Assembly: GCA_965243135.1 (NCBI GenBank)
Contig: OZ251539.1
Coordinates: 4,192,001 to 4,256,000 of the forward strand
From: Alphaproteobacteria bacterium
Lineage (GTDB): Bacteria; Pseudomonadota; Alphaproteobacteria; MPNO01; UBA830
Direction: 5' to 3'
Length of the DNA: 64,000 nucleotides
Shown: in pieces, positions 20,585 to 34,635 of the stretch
How the letters are laid out: the number at the start of each line of letters is the position of its first letter
Numbering within the stretch: position 1 is the stretch's first letter
Position numbers and translations under genes: made by a program
The notes under the pieces: generated by a model
What the model was told of the DNA's origin: nothing
Databases searched by the model: none
Seen by the model: the letters and a program-made list of their open reading frames with translations, nothing else

Positions 20585-21445
20585 CTACGCGCGTTGTCCG
20601 GCGGGGTCCCGGCCCGTCCGGGCGAACCTCGCGGCGGCGATGCGGGGCATCAGGCGGCTGCGGAACCAAACGAACGCCCTCACGGCGCGAACCGTCAGCC
20701 GGCCCGGCGCGCGGTCGGGATCGAAGCCGACGGCGTCGAAGATCATTTCCACGCTCCGCGCGATGTGCCGCGGCCGGTAGAACTTGAGCGCGCTGCGCGC
20801 GTAGGCCGCGGCATTGGCGCGGCGATCGTAGGGTTCCCCGTCGGCATTGGCCGCCCAGTAGGCGCTCGCGAGCTCGTCGTCGTCGGTTTCGGCGATGCGT
20901 CCGAGCGCGACCCGCAGCCTCTGGAGGCGATTGAGGCCCTCGCGGTCGAGATACCGGCACATGTTCCTGAAGAACAGGTGGTAATGCGCGAACTCGTCCT
21001 CGGCGATGCGTCGACAGATCGTTTCGAGGACGGGCTCGTCGGCGGCGTCGGCGAGCGCCGTATAGAAGGAGTTGGTTCCGGTTTCCACCATGCAGCGCGC
21101 GACCAGTTCGCCGGTTCGCGAACCGCGAACCGAACGGTCGGCGTCCAGAGGCAGGCGGAAGTTGCGCTTGAACCGTTCGAACCGGCGCTCGAAATCGAAC
21201 TCGGGATCGGCCAGCGCCGCCCAGCGTCCGAGCGCCCGCCCGTGCTGGACTTCTTCCTCGGCCCAACGGTCGACGGCGGAGCGCATCCTCGGATCGTCCT
21301 CGAACACGCCGTTCAGGTAACGGCGGTAATCCTCCGCGTTGTACTCGACCATGCTGGCGGCCTTGACGATCGGAACGAGTTCGGGGTCGATCCTCGACGG
21401 ATCGAATTCGTTCCAGGGAATGTCGTCCAGAGTCCAGCTTCCCAT
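20585..21445 (-). CDS. Ferritin-like diiron protein (acyl-ACP desaturase-like)
   Basis: MGSWTLDDIPW, MVE, WAEEEVQHG (ExxH), VETGT, IAEDEFAHY (DExxH). Confidence 0.8.
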   Translation of the reverse strand: MGSWTLDDIPWNEFDPSRIDPELVPIVKAASMVEYNAEDYRRYLNGVFEDDPRMRSAVDRWAEEEVQHGRALGRWAALADPEFDFERRFERFKRNFRLPLDADRSVRGSRTGELVARCMVETGTNSFYTALADAADEPVLETICRRIAEDEFAHYHLFFRNMCRYLDREGLNRLQRLRVALGRIAETDDDELASAYWAANADGEPYDRRANAAAYARSALKFYRPRHIARSVEMIFDAVGFDPDRAPGRLTVRAVRAFVWFRSRLMPRIAAARFARTGRDPAGQRA

Positions 21446-21813
21446 CACCGGCGCCGTTTCGTCGTGCTCGTCCGCGATGCGGACATCCTGCCGGAATTGT
21501 AGCTCAAGGCGAATTGTATTCAATCGGCCGGTCGAGTCGAATTGCGGACTCCGGTTTCGCGGCGTCGGAGGCGTCCCTCGCGGCGGCGAGCCGCCGTCCC
21601 GCGGGCAACCGGCGCCGACGCGCTCCGCGCCGTGGATTCGGGCGAACGCGCCGCTGGCGGCCGGTCGCGTTCCTCGACGGGAGTCGCGGCAAGCCGCGGT
21701 CGCCTGCTCGGCCGGTCCGGCCGGCGCGGAACGCGCCTCCGCCTTTCCTCCGAGACGCGCCGGAACGGAGGCAGCGACCGTCGACCGCGCAGGAGGCTGC
21801 CGCGCCCGGAACG

Positions 21814-23100
21814 TCAGCCGTGATGCACTCGTTCGCCGTGGGCCGTGATGTCGAGACCCTCGAGTTCCTCTTCCTCGCCGACGCGCAGGCCGACCGTCTT
21901 GTCGAGAAGCTTCGCAAGGATCCAGCTGATCGCGACTGACCAGACGAGCGTCGCGGCGAGGCCGAGCAGCTGCGCGCCGAATTGGGCGCCCATGCTCCGG
22001 TCGAGACCGAGGCCGCCCAGCGCCGTCGCTCCGAAGAACGAGATCAGCAGAATCCCGAGTGCGCCTCCGACTCCGTGGACCGCGAACACGTCGAGCGAAT
22101 CGTCTACGCCGATCCTGTTCTTGACGAAGCCCACGGCCACGTAGCAGACGACGCCGGCCGCAAGGCCGAACGCGACGCCGCCGAGCGGACCGATGAAGCC
22201 CGATCCCGGCGTTACGGTCGCGAGTCCGGCGACCATGCCGGTCACGATGCCGACCAGGCTCGGCTTGCCGTGCTTGATCCATTCGATGCCCGCCCACGCG
22301 AGAGAAGCCGTCGCCGCCGAAAGATGCGTGACGAGCATCGCCATGCCGGCGGCGCCGTCGGCGGCGAGCGCCGAGCCGGCGTTGAACCCGAACCATCCGA
22401 CCCACAGCATCGACGCGCCGATCATCGTCAGGCCGGGATGATGAGGCGGCGTGATCTCGCGAGGAAAACCGCGCCGCGAACCAAGCGCAGCGGCGATCAC
22501 GAGCGCCGACGCCCCTGCCGTGACGTGCACGACGAGACCGCCCGCGAAGTCCTTCACGCCCATCTCGGCGAGCCAGCCCCCGCCCCAAATCCAGTGACAG
22601 ACGGGCGCGTAGACCAGGATCAGCCACAATCCGCTGAACGACAACACCGCGCCGAACCTGATGCGCTCCACGTACGCTCCGACGATCAGGGCCGGGGTGA
22701 TGACGGCGAACGTCATCTGGAACATGACGAAGACGGTTTCCGGGATGGTTCCGGCCAGCGTCGCGGTCCCGATCCCGGACAGGAACGCCTTGTCGAAGCT
22801 TCCGATCCAGGCGTTCGCGCCGCCGCCGTCGCCGAAGGCGAGACCGTAGACGCAGACGAACCAGAGAACCGACATGAGGCAGGCGACCGCGAAGCATTGC
22901 ATCAGGACCGACAGAAGATTGCGGGCGCGCACGAGCCCGCCGTAGAACAACGCGAGTCCCGGCAGCGTCATGAACAGGACCAGCGCGGTCGAGGTCAGGA
23001 TCCACGCGGCGTCGGCGCCGTTCAGAGCGTCTTCCGCGAACGCGCGTTCCGGCAGACAGGCCAGAACGGCGGCCGCGCAGGCGATCCTTGACGATCTCAT
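21814..23100 (-). CDS. amtB: Ammonium transporter
   Basis: PGLALFYGG, FQMTFA, DFAGGLVVH, LWVGWFGFNAGS, DDSLDVFAVHG. Confidence 0.95.
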   Translation of the reverse strand: MRSSRIACAAAVLACLPERAFAEDALNGADAAWILTSTALVLFMTLPGLALFYGGLVRARNLLSVLMQCFAVACLMSVLWFVCVYGLAFGDGGGANAWIGSFDKAFLSGIGTATLAGTIPETVFVMFQMTFAVITPALIVGAYVERIRFGAVLSFSGLWLILVYAPVCHWIWGGGWLAEMGVKDFAGGLVVHVTAGASALVIAAALGSRRGFPREITPPHHPGLTMIGASMLWVGWFGFNAGSALAADGAAGMAMLVTHLSAATASLAWAGIEWIKHGKPSLVGIVTGMVAGLATVTPGSGFIGPLGGVAFGLAAGVVCYVAVGFVKNRIGVDDSLDVFAVHGVGGALGILLISFFGATALGGLGLDRSMGAQFGAQLLGLAATLVWSVAISWILAKLLDKTVGLRVGEEEELEGLDITAHGERVHHG

Positions 23101-23117
23101 CGTTCTCTCTCCCTCGG

Positions 23118-23486
23118 CTATCGGCCGGCGGTCGCCGCGAACATCGCTTCGGCGGCCGCCAGTTCCGCCGCGTCATCGGACTCGCGCGCCGCGGCCAGCC
23201 TTCGCCCGGCGGTCTCGCGATCGATTTCCTCTACGGGCAGCGCTTCCTCGGCCAGCACGGTGCAGCGATCGCCGACGACTTCGGCGAAACCGCCCGCGAC
23301 GAAGATGCGCCGGTCGGGGGCTTCGTTTTCCCAGGTCTCGATCACGCCGGGCCGCAGCGCCGAGATCAGGGGCGCGTGTCCCTGCAACACCCCGAAATCC
23401 CCCTCCGCGCCGGGCACGACCACCATCGACACCTCGTCGGAAAGCAGAATCTTCTCCGGCGAAATCAGCTCGAAAGAAACGGGCAT
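23118..23486 (-). CDS. atpC: ATP synthase F1 epsilon subunit
   Basis: FELISPEK, PGAEGDFGVLQGHAP, GGFAEV. Confidence 0.95.
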   Translation of the reverse strand: MPVSFELISPEKILLSDEVSMVVVPGAEGDFGVLQGHAPLISALRPGVIETWENEAPDRRIFVAGGFAEVVGDRCTVLAEEALPVEEIDRETAGRRLAAARESDDAAELAAAEAMFAATAGR

Positions 23487-23496
23487 CGCGATTCCC

Positions 23497-27333
<3,837 letters not shown>

Positions 27334-27334
<1 letters not shown>

Positions 27335-27888
27335 CACGCTGCCCCTTTCAATGAGAGTTCGAGTCTTTGCAGCTTGGTGCGGAGCGACGAGTCCACCATG
27401 CGCGATCCGATCTTCACGACCATGCCGCCCAGCAGCGAGGCGTCCACGCGCTCGTCGATCGCGACCCCGGTTCCGGTCATGCCGCGCAGCTGCCGCGCGA
27501 GCGCGTCGCGCTGGGCGTCCGTCAACGGCCGCGCGGTCGTGACTTCCGCCGTTCGCTCGCCGCGGCGGGCGGCGAGAAGTTCGCCGAAGGCGGCGCAAAT
27601 CTCGTCGAGCGCCGCGAGCCGGCGGTTGCGGGCGACGACTCCGGCGAAACTTGCGGTCAGCGCCGAGACGCCCGCCCGCTCCATCACCGCCGCGACGGCC
27701 TTGCTCTGGTCCTCGCGGCTGACGACGGGACTCGCCGCGAGGCGGCGAAGGTCGGCGGAAATCCGGAGCAACCGCCGGATGCCGTCCAGATCCTCGGCTA
27801 CCGCGTCGAGTTCTCCCCGTTCTTCGGACAGTTCGAAAAGCGCGGCCGCATAACGGCCCGCCAAGCCGGAAACGCCTGCTGTCGACAC
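27334..27888 (-). CDS. atpH: ATP synthase F1 delta subunit
   Basis: [27 protein letters not shown]; GTG start inferred. Confidence 0.93.
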
Positions 27889-27991
27889 TCGATTGACCTC
27901 GAAAATTCCTGTCGGCGGAGAAGCCGCGGGACGGCGATCCCGTCCCCGAATGCGGGGCTTGATAACACGGACGACCGGGCGGCGCAACCCG

Positions 27992-28807
27992 CTATCGCGG
28001 GCGTCCGGCGGCCTTCGAACGGCCGGGCGGCGGCGCGGAGACGCGCACGGCGACTTCCAGCGACTCGCGGCCGCCCCCCGTCCGCACGCCGCGCACCGGA
28101 GACGCGGAATCGTAGTCCAGCCCGACGGCGAGCGAGACATGGCGTTCCGTCGCGCAGGTGCAGTTCGAGACGTCGAAGCCGACCCAGCCGAGATCGTCGA
28201 CCCATGCGGCCGCCCACGCATGGCCGGCCGCGTGGGTCGCGTCTCCGTCGTAAAGATATCCCGACACGTAGCGCGCGGGCACGCCGAGGCGCCGGGCGCA
28301 GCCGATGAAGACATGAGCGTGATCCTGACAGACGCCGCGACCCGCGGCGAAGGTTTCGGACGCGGTCGAACGCACGTTCGTGACGCCCGTTCGGTAGGCG
28401 ACGCGGTCGCGGATCGCGGCCATCATATCGTGAAGGACGTCGAGCCGCTTTCCCCGGAACCCGGACGCGAATTCCGCGAGTTCCCGGTCCGGCCGGGTTC
28501 GGGACGTCTGCTGCAGAAACAGTTCCGGAGGGCAGTCGTCCGGCGGCAGGACGCCGTTCGCGCGGGTCGTCGAAACGCGCCCGCGCGCGACGATGTCGAT
28601 CCGGCGCGGCGGATTTTCCAGCGCCAGCGTGTGGCACTGGTTGCCGAAGCCGTCGCGCCAAGGTTCGGGATCGGCGGCGGCGTCTATGCGCCAGTCCAGG
28701 ACGTCCTGGCTCGCGTCGGAGCGCGGCGTGAGGCGCAGCAGCTGGGTCGAGCTCGTCGGCGACGCGTCGTAGCGGTAAGTGGTGCGATGGGAGATCTCAA
28801 GAAGCAT
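27992..28807 (-). CDS. Transglutaminase-like family protein
   Basis: ISHRTTYRY, GVCQDHAH, ARYVSGY, HAW, GWVGFD (Cys-His-Asp triad). Confidence 0.9.
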   Translation of the reverse strand: MLLEISHRTTYRYDASPTSSTQLLRLTPRSDASQDVLDWRIDAAADPEPWRDGFGNQCHTLALENPPRRIDIVARGRVSTTRANGVLPPDDCPPELFLQQTSRTRPDRELAEFASGFRGKRLDVLHDMMAAIRDRVAYRTGVTNVRSTASETFAAGRGVCQDHAHVFIGCARRLGVPARYVSGYLYDGDATHAAGHAWAAAWVDDLGWVGFDVSNCTCATERHVSLAVGLDYDSASPVRGVRTGGGRESLEVAVRVSAPPPGRSKAAGRPR

Positions 28808-29202
28808 TTCGGGTCGGGGGGCGAAGCGCGGCGGCGATGCAGCGAGCGGAGAACGGGGGGCCGGCGGTCGCGTCGTCAGGCCGAACCGCGTTTCCCGGAA
28901 GGCCCGCGCCGCGGAAGCGCCCCGCCGCGGCGCGGGGGCCGCCTTCCGGCACCGTCGTTCGCAGGCGTTCGGTCGGCATGTCCCGGCGGTTCCGAGGCGA
29001 AGCGGTCGAAAGAGTATAGCACGACGCCCCCGTCATTGCGGGCAGGCCGCCCGCGCCGAGAGGAGGCCGGCGGCGCGGGACGGGCTCCCTCGCGGGCGGC
29101 GCGTCCCGCCGTCACGGGGTCCGAACCGGAGGCGGTCCGGGCGTATCCCGCAAGCGGGCGACCGCGACAGCTTCGCCGAAGAGCGGTCGCATGGCCCGAT
29201 GG

Positions 29203-29784
29203 TCAGGACTGCCGCGAACTCCCCGTTTCGTAAACGAACGGGCTCTCGATTTCCTTCAATCTCGGCAGGTTGCGGTCCTTCTCCGAGAGGACGGCCATGT
29301 CGAGGCCGAGCGGCCAATCGATGCCCAGATCCGGATCGTTCCACAGAAGCCCCTCGTCGTGGTCCGGAGCGTAGTAGTGGCTGACCTTGTAGATCACCTC
29401 GGTGTCGGGTTCGAGAGTCATGAAACCGTGAGCGAAGCCGACCGGCACGAGCAGTTGGTTCCACGCTTCGGCGGACAGGACGGCGCTCGCATGCCGTCCG
29501 TAGGAGGGCGATCCCCGGCGCAGGTCGACCGCGACGTCGAATACCGCTCCCCGCGTCACGCGCACCAGCTTGTCCTGCGCGAAGGGCGGAGTCTGGAAAT
29601 GCAGGCCGCGAACCGTTCCCTTCTCGGCCGACAGGGAATGATTGTCCTGCACGAACTCGATGTGGATTCCGGCCTCGCCGAGCGCGTGCTTGTTGTACAC
29701 CTCGGAAAAGAAGCCGCGATGGTCGCCGTGCTTCTTCGGCGTCAACTCCCTGACCGCCGCGATGCCCAGTTTCTTGATCGACAT
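29203..29784 (-). CDS. rfbC: dTDP-4-dehydrorhamnose 3,5-epimerase
   Basis: DHRGFFSE, VQDNHS, RGLHFQ, GFAHGF, LSEKD. Confidence 0.95.
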   Translation of the reverse strand: MSIKKLGIAAVRELTPKKHGDHRGFFSEVYNKHALGEAGIHIEFVQDNHSLSAEKGTVRGLHFQTPPFAQDKLVRVTRGAVFDVAVDLRRGSPSYGRHASAVLSAEAWNQLLVPVGFAHGFMTLEPDTEVIYKVSHYYAPDHDEGLLWNDPDLGIDWPLGLDMAVLSEKDRNLPRLKEIESPFVYETGSSRQS

Positions 29785-29940
29785 GATTTCCTTCCTCGTC
29801 CTGCCGACGGGCGCCCGCCGGGGTCCTACGCATTCCGGAAAGCGGAGTCCATCGTTCGCCGGCGGCGGGACTCCTTCGCGCCGGAGAGACGCGCCGGCTC
29901 GGCGGAAAGCGTCCCTCGACCCCCGCCCAGGCGCGGCCCT

Positions 29941-32160
29941 CTACATGAAGCTGTACGGATCGATGTCCACCGCGACGCGCACGCCCCTGCCCGGCCTGAT
30001 TCCGGCGACCCAGCGCCGCACCGTGTCCTGCAACTTGACGTCCCTGGGGGCCGTCATCAGCAGGCGGCGGCGGTGACGTCCGCGGAGGATCGCCATCGGC
30101 GCGGGGGCGGGGCCGAGCACGGAGACGCAGGCCGACCGCGGCGCCGCGCGACCGAGCATGGACGCCGTGGCGTCGACTTCCTCCTCGACCGCTCCCGAGA
30201 CGATCACCGCGGCGAGACGCCCGTACGGAGGCATGCCGTGCCGCCGCCGCGAGGCCGCTTCCGCTTCCATGAACCGGCGGCCGTCGCCCGACTCCAGCGC
30301 CCGCATCACCGCGTGCTCGGGCTGCCAAGTCTGCAGCAGCACCTGTCCCGCAGTCTCGCCGCGTCCCGCGCGGCCGGCAACCTGGTTGAGGAGTTGATGG
30401 GTTCGTTCCGCGGCGCGCAGGTCGCCGCCCGACAGGCCGAGGTCGGCGTCGACGACGCCGACGAGCGTGAGCGCCGGAAAGTGAAAACCTTTGGCCATGA
30501 TCTGGGTGCCGATCAGCAGGTCGATTTCGCGGGCATGCATGCGCCTCACCAGCGCGGCCGCCTCGCCCGGCCGGCGAACGGTGTCGCTCGACATGATCTC
30601 GAGCCGCGCCTCGGGAAAGCGGCGGCGCGCTTCCTCCGCCAGCCGCTCGACTCCCGGTCCGCAGGCGGCGAAGCGGTCTTCCGCCTCGCAGGACGGGCAA
30701 ATCCGGGGAAGCGCCGCCGAGTAGCCGCAATGGTGGCATTGGAGGCGCTCGAGAAGACGGTGCTCCACCAGCCATGCCGTGCAATGCGGGCATTCGAGCC
30801 GGTGTCCGCAGGCCCGGCACAGGGTCAACGGCGCGTAGCCGCGACGATTGAGGAACAGCATCGCCTGACATCCCCCGGCCAGCGCGTTCCGGGCGGCCTC
30901 GACCAGCGCGGGCGACAGCCAGGTCCGCCTGTCCATGGCCTGGTCCCGCATGTCGACGGAGGAGATTTCCGGGAGCTGGGCGCCTGCGAAGCGTTCCGGG
31001 AGGGAAATGCGCTCGTAGCGCCGCCTCCAGACGTTGTCCACGGTCTCAAGCGACGGCGTCGCCGAGGCGAGCACCACGGGGAAGCCGCCGATGCGACCGC
31101 GCACGACCGCCATGTCGCGCGCATTGTAGATGACGCCCTCGTCCTGCTTGAAGCCCGGATCGTGCTCCTCGTCCACCACGATCAGGCCAAGATCCGGGAA
31201 GGGCAGCATGAGGGCGGACCGCGCTCCCACCGCCAGCCTAGCGGCGCCGGTCAGCACGTCCCGCCAGGCGCGCCGCCGCTGCGCCGGAGCCAGATCCGAG
31301 TGCCAGACCGCCGGCGGCGCGCCGAAACGGGTTTCGAAGCGGGCGAGCCAGTCGGCGGTGAGGGCGATTTCCGGCAGCAGCACGGCGACCTGCCGGCCGG
31401 CGGCAAGGGCGGCCGCGACCGCTTCGAAATACACTTCGGTCTTGCCGGAGCCCGTCACGCCGTCCAGGACCGTCACCGAGAAACCGCCGTCGGCCACCCG
31501 CCGGACCAGATCGTCCGCCGCTGTTCGCTGGGCGGGCGACAGATCGGGACCGGGGCGATGAGGATCCGGCTTCGCGAGGCTGTCGCCGACTTCGGCGCGG
31601 CGCAGCGCGCCGGCCTGGGCGAGTCCGCGAATCACGGACGGAGACACGCCGGCCGTCCGCGCCAGCGCGGCGGCCGTCATCGGCGCGCGCTCCGCGAGGG
31701 CGCGAATCACTTGCCTGCGCGCCGCGGTCGGACGCAGCCCGCACGGAAGGCGATCGTCCTCGGCGGCGACGCCCGGGGCGAGTTCGAAAGCGGCTGCGGG
31801 CTTCGGCGGCTTCAGCGCGCCCGGCGCGCGCATGACCATGCGCAAGACGCTGCCGCGCTTCGAAAGCGTGTAGGCCGCGACCCAATCGACGAATTCCAGC
31901 GACGCCTTCGGGAGCGGCGGGATGTCGTGCAGAGATATGATTTCGCGAAGTTTTCCGGATTCCACGTCGCCCTGCGCAGGTCCCCAGACCACTCCGGCGG
32001 CGACGCGGCCGCCGAGCGGCACCTCGACGACGGAACCGGGCGCGACCTCCGCGCCGGACGGAACGACGTAGTCATAAGGCGCGTCGAGGGGCAGGGGCAG
32101 CAGCACGCCGACCGCTTCGCGCCCGTCCGCCGGAAGACGTGTGGAAAGGCGGGAGGTCAT
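29941..32160 (-). CDS. priA: Primosomal protein N'
   Basis: GVTGSGKTEVY, DEEH, SATPS, LNRRGY, CxxC zinc motifs, QVAGRAGR, DIDP. Confidence 0.96.
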   Translation of the reverse strand: MTSRLSTRLPADGREAVGVLLPLPLDAPYDYVVPSGAEVAPGSVVEVPLGGRVAAGVVWGPAQGDVESGKLREIISLHDIPPLPKASLEFVDWVAAYTLSKRGSVLRMVMRAPGALKPPKPAAAFELAPGVAAEDDRLPCGLRPTAARRQVIRALAERAPMTAAALARTAGVSPSVIRGLAQAGALRRAEVGDSLAKPDPHRPGPDLSPAQRTAADDLVRRVADGGFSVTVLDGVTGSGKTEVYFEAVAAALAAGRQVAVLLPEIALTADWLARFETRFGAPPAVWHSDLAPAQRRRAWRDVLTGAARLAVGARSALMLPFPDLGLIVVDEEHDPGFKQDEGVIYNARDMAVVRGRIGGFPVVLASATPSLETVDNVWRRRYERISLPERFAGAQLPEISSVDMRDQAMDRRTWLSPALVEAARNALAGGCQAMLFLNRRGYAPLTLCRACGHRLECPHCTAWLVEHRLLERLQCHHCGYSAALPRICPSCEAEDRFAACGPGVERLAEEARRRFPEARLEIMSSDTVRRPGEAAALVRRMHAREIDLLIGTQIMAKGFHFPALTLVGVVDADLGLSGGDLRAAERTHQLLNQVAGRAGRGETAGQVLLQTWQPEHAVMRALESGDGRRFMEAEAASRRRHGMPPYGRLAAVIVSGAVEEEVDATASMLGRAAPRSACVSVLGPAPAPMAILRGRHRRRLLMTAPRDVKLQDTVRRWVAGIRPGRGVRVAVDIDPYSFM

Positions 32161-32219
32161 CGGATACACTCTAATTGGCCGTCGGGAACGGTCAATCCGA
32201 GGTCAGGCGGGGCAGAGGC

Positions 32220-32882
32220 ATGCAATTTTTTCTGGACTCGGCGGATATTGGCGAGATCCGGGAGCTCGCGGCGACCGGCTTCGTCGACGGCGTCACCACC
32301 AACCCGTCCCTGGTCGCCAAGACGGGCCGCGGGTTTTTCGACGTGGTTCGCGAGATTTGCGGTGCGGTCGACGGTCCGGTCAGCGCCGAGGTCGCGGCCG
32401 TGGATCACGCGACGATGCTGGCCGAAGGCCGCAAGTTGGCGGTCCTGGCGGACAACGTCGCGGTGAAGGTGCCGCTGACGCCCGACGGCCTGAAGACCTG
32501 CAGGGCGCTTTCCGACGAAGGAGTTCGGGTCAACGTCACGCTTTGCTTTTCCGCCGGCCAGGCGATTCTCGCCGCCAAGGCCGGAGCGGCGTTCGTTTCG
32601 CCCTTCGTCGGCCGGCTCGACGATATCGGGGCCGACGGCATGGCGCTGATCCGCGATATCCGGCGCATTTTCGACAATTACGACGCGATCGGGACGCAGG
32701 TGCTGGTCGCGTCGGTGAGGGGGCCTCTCCATGTAATCGAGGCGGCCAAGGCGGGCGCGGAGATCGCGACGGTGCCTCCCGACGTGCTCCGGCGCCTGTT
32801 CCGGCATCCGTTGACGGACGCCGGGCTGGACGCGTTTCTGGCCGACTGGCGCGCGACCGGCCAGTCGATCGTGGAGGCCTGA
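32220..32882 (+). CDS. tal: Transaldolase / fructose-6-phosphate aldolase family
   Basis: [41 protein letters not shown]. Confidence 0.9.
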   Translation: MQFFLDSADIGEIRELAATGFVDGVTTNPSLVAKTGRGFFDVVREICGAVDGPVSAEVAAVDHATMLAEGRKLAVLADNVAVKVPLTPDGLKTCRALSDEGVRVNVTLCFSAGQAILAAKAGAAFVSPFVGRLDDIGADGMALIRDIRRIFDNYDAIGTQVLVASVRGPLHVIEAAKAGAEIATVPPDVLRRLFRHPLTDAGLDAFLADWRATGQSIVEA

Positions 32883-32884
32883 CC

Positions 32885-33568
32885 ATGGGAAGTTCGCCAG
32901 CCGAGCCGTCGCTGACGCCCAAGGCGGTCGTGGCGTGGCTGCGGCGCAATCCAGACTTTCTGCGCGACAACCCGGAAGTGCTGCCGGTTCTCACGCCGCC
33001 GGAATACCGGCGCGACGACGGCGTCACCGACATGCAGCGCTTCATGCTGGACCGGCTTCGCCGGGAGGTGGCGTCTTTGCATCGCCGCGAGAAGCAACTG
33101 CTTTCCACCGTCGAGGGGAACGCCGCCGGCCAGGCCAAGATCCATCGCGCCGTTCTCGCCGTGATCGACGCGCCGGACATGCACGCGCTCAATCTGGTCC
33201 TGCGGACGGAACTCCCGAGCGTTCTCGACCTGGAGGCCGTCGCGCTGTGCATCGAGGGCGAAGGCGCGCTGGCGCTCGCGGGAGCGATGGACATCGGACC
33301 CGACGGGGTGGCCGGGTTGATGGGACCTCGCCGCCGGTTCCTGCTGTTGGGCGACACCGGGGGCACGCCCGCGGTATTCGGGGACGCCGCGGAAAGGGTC
33401 CGGTCGATCGCCTATCTCAGGCTCCGGCGGACTTCGCCGAAGATGCTGCTTGCGATGGGTTCGGGACGCAGCGACGGGTTCGACAGCCGCCAGGGCACGG
33501 ATCTGATCGCTTTCCTCGCCGACGCGCTCGAAATGCGGATCCGGCATTGCCTTCAGCAGAAGCGGTGA
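32885..33568 (+). CDS. DUF484 family protein
   Basis: WLRRNPDFL..GTDLIAFLA; usual position upstream of xerC. Confidence 0.8.
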   Translation: MGSSPAEPSLTPKAVVAWLRRNPDFLRDNPEVLPVLTPPEYRRDDGVTDMQRFMLDRLRREVASLHRREKQLLSTVEGNAAGQAKIHRAVLAVIDAPDMHALNLVLRTELPSVLDLEAVALCIEGEGALALAGAMDIGPDGVAGLMGPRRRFLLLGDTGGTPAVFGDAAERVRSIAYLRLRRTSPKMLLAMGSGRSDGFDSRQGTDLIAFLADALEMRIRHCLQQKR

Positions 33569-34497
33569 CGGCTCCGGTCCTCCAGGCGGCGCTGCTGGAC
33601 TGGCGGCGCTGGTTGACGGCGGAGCGCCGGATGTCGGCGAACACCGTGGACGGCTACTGCCGCGACGTCGAGGCGTTTCTCGGGTTTCTCGCCGAGCATC
33701 GCGGCGAGCCCGCGGATCTCTCCGTCCTGTCCGGACTCGAGGCCGCCGAGTTCCGCGCCTGGCTGGCGCGGCGAACCGCCGACGGGTTGTCGCGGACCTC
33801 GATCGCCCGGGCTCTCTCGGCGGTGCGCAACCTGTTCCGGTTTCTCGACCGCGCGGGCATGGCGAGCAACGCGGCGCTGGCGTCGGTCGGCGCGCCCCGT
33901 CCGCCGCGTGGCCTTCCGAGGCCGCTGGACGCGGCGGATGCGATCGCCGTCATCCGGCGGGCGGCCGAAATCGCGCCGGTTCCATGGATCGCCGCCCGCG
34001 ACGTAGCGGTGTTCACGCTCCTCTACGGTTGCGGCCTCCGCATCGACGAGGCGCTTTCGCTCGACCAGCGGGACGCTCCGCAAGGGGACGCGATGACGGT
34101 GACGGGAAAGGGCGGGCGTCAGCGGGTCGTACCGGTGCTGCCGATCGTCGCCGACGCGATCCGCGCCTACCGGGAGGCTTGCCCCTATCCGCCGGAGCCC
34201 GGCCGGCCGCTGTTCTACGGCACCCGCGGCGGACGCCTGAATCCCGGCGTTGTGCAGCGAAGCATGCGCGCTCTGCGCGCCGATCTGGGCTTGCCCGAAT
34301 CCGCCACGCCGCACGCGCTGCGGCACAGTTTCGCGACCCACCTGCTTGCCGGCGGCGGCGATCTGAGGACGATCCAGGAACTTCTCGGGCACGCCTCGCT
34401 GTCCACGACCCAACGCTACACGGCAGTCGACACGCAGCAACTCGTGGAGGTCTACGACCGGGCGCATCCGCGAGCGTCGGGCAATGCTTCGACGTGA
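33565..34497 (+). CDS. xerC: Tyrosine recombinase XerC
   Basis: LYGCGLRIDE, GKGGRQR, PHALRHSFATHLL, QELLGHASLSTTQRYT; GTGA overlap with DUF484. Confidence 0.92.
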   Translation: MTAPVLQAALLDWRRWLTAERRMSANTVDGYCRDVEAFLGFLAEHRGEPADLSVLSGLEAAEFRAWLARRTADGLSRTSIARALSAVRNLFRFLDRAGMASNAALASVGAPRPPRGLPRPLDAADAIAVIRRAAEIAPVPWIAARDVAVFTLLYGCGLRIDEALSLDQRDAPQGDAMTVTGKGGRQRVVPVLPIVADAIRAYREACPYPPEPGRPLFYGTRGGRLNPGVVQRSMRALRADLGLPESATPHALRHSFATHLLAGGGDLRTIQELLGHASLSTTQRYTAVDTQQLVEVYDRAHPRASGNAST

Positions 34498-34635
34498 ATG
34501 CGCAGCCTTGAAGCGGGACGGATCGACCAAGCTTTCGGCACTGACCGCCTATCGCGACGCGCTGCGGCTGGCGCTTTCGAGTTTCGTCCTTCTTCGTATT
34601 CGATGTTGGATGCTTGCCGTCGGTTGCGGCGATCT

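Noticed and set aside
29191-32466. Very long antisense or alternate-frame ORFs (e.g. 29191-32466, 38959-41925, 57443-61867)
   Set aside because: Shadows of real genes caused by high GC3 codon bias; no independent motifs.
33565-34497. Tyrosine recombinase as an integron integrase or phage integrase
   Set aside because: It lacks the IntI-specific insertion and sits in the canonical DUF484-xerC context.
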